Shown here piece after piece: positions 18,114 through 18,313 of a DNA stretch of 18,313 nt. Source of the stretch: Fonticula alba ATCC 38817 (Eukaryota; Protista; Nucleariida). How positions within the stretch are numbered: the first letter of the stretch is position 1; every line of letters begins with the position of its first letter. The notes beneath the pieces were generated by a model that saw nothing but the letters and a program-made list of their open reading frames with translations, was not told the origin of the DNA and did not search any database. The position numbers were made by a program, and so were the translations under genes. The stretch lies in the NCBI GenBank assembly GCA_000388065.2, contig KB932210.1, one strand, 5' to 3'.

Positions 18114-18313
18114 CTGCGAGGGCTAGGCAGCCGGAAAGACAGCGCCCCGGCGCGACCAAGGAAAAAGGGATGGGGAAAAGAAAAAACCCCGACGAGGGAC
18201 CCCAGCAGGCCGGTCAGTCAGGGGCCGAGACAAAAAGACAACCGCTTCCCCCCCCCCCCCCCCCCCCCCGGGGGTGCACTTCCTCGCCCAAACGCACCAC
18301 CGCATCTACCAGG

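Overview
This is nuclear DNA from a very GC-rich, gene-dense, intron-rich microbial eukaryote. It is probably a non-animal opisthokont; a Fonticula-like holomycotan is my inference, not established. The six-frame ORF track is largely misleading because the real genes are spliced, so I rebuilt them by hand from GT-AG boundaries with reading-frame checks. Six protein genes are present: RAD23 (+, 7 exons); a Ppg1-type PP2A-family phosphatase (-, 5 exons); a bacterial-type beta-lactamase-fold serine hydrolase with an uninterrupted CDS (-); a CLASRP/SWAP-family SR-related splicing factor (+, about 8 exons); mitochondrial EF-Tu (+, first exon lost in a gap); and a divergent MSP-domain membrane protein (-, may continue past the right edge). 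There are four N gaps next to poly-C/G runs and many microsatellites. I found no rRNA, tRNA, CRISPR array or recognisable transposon. The best leads are (i) the probable horizontally acquired hydrolase, (ii) an unusual splice code (+4 C in 20 of 22 donors, none GTRAGT; C- or CA-rich 3' ends), (iii) a box C/D snoRNA-like fold in RAD23 intron 6, (iv) an exact 60-bp duplication creating a second, frame-shifting donor in RAD23, and (v) the Ppg1-type phosphatase. None of these is a proven new system.
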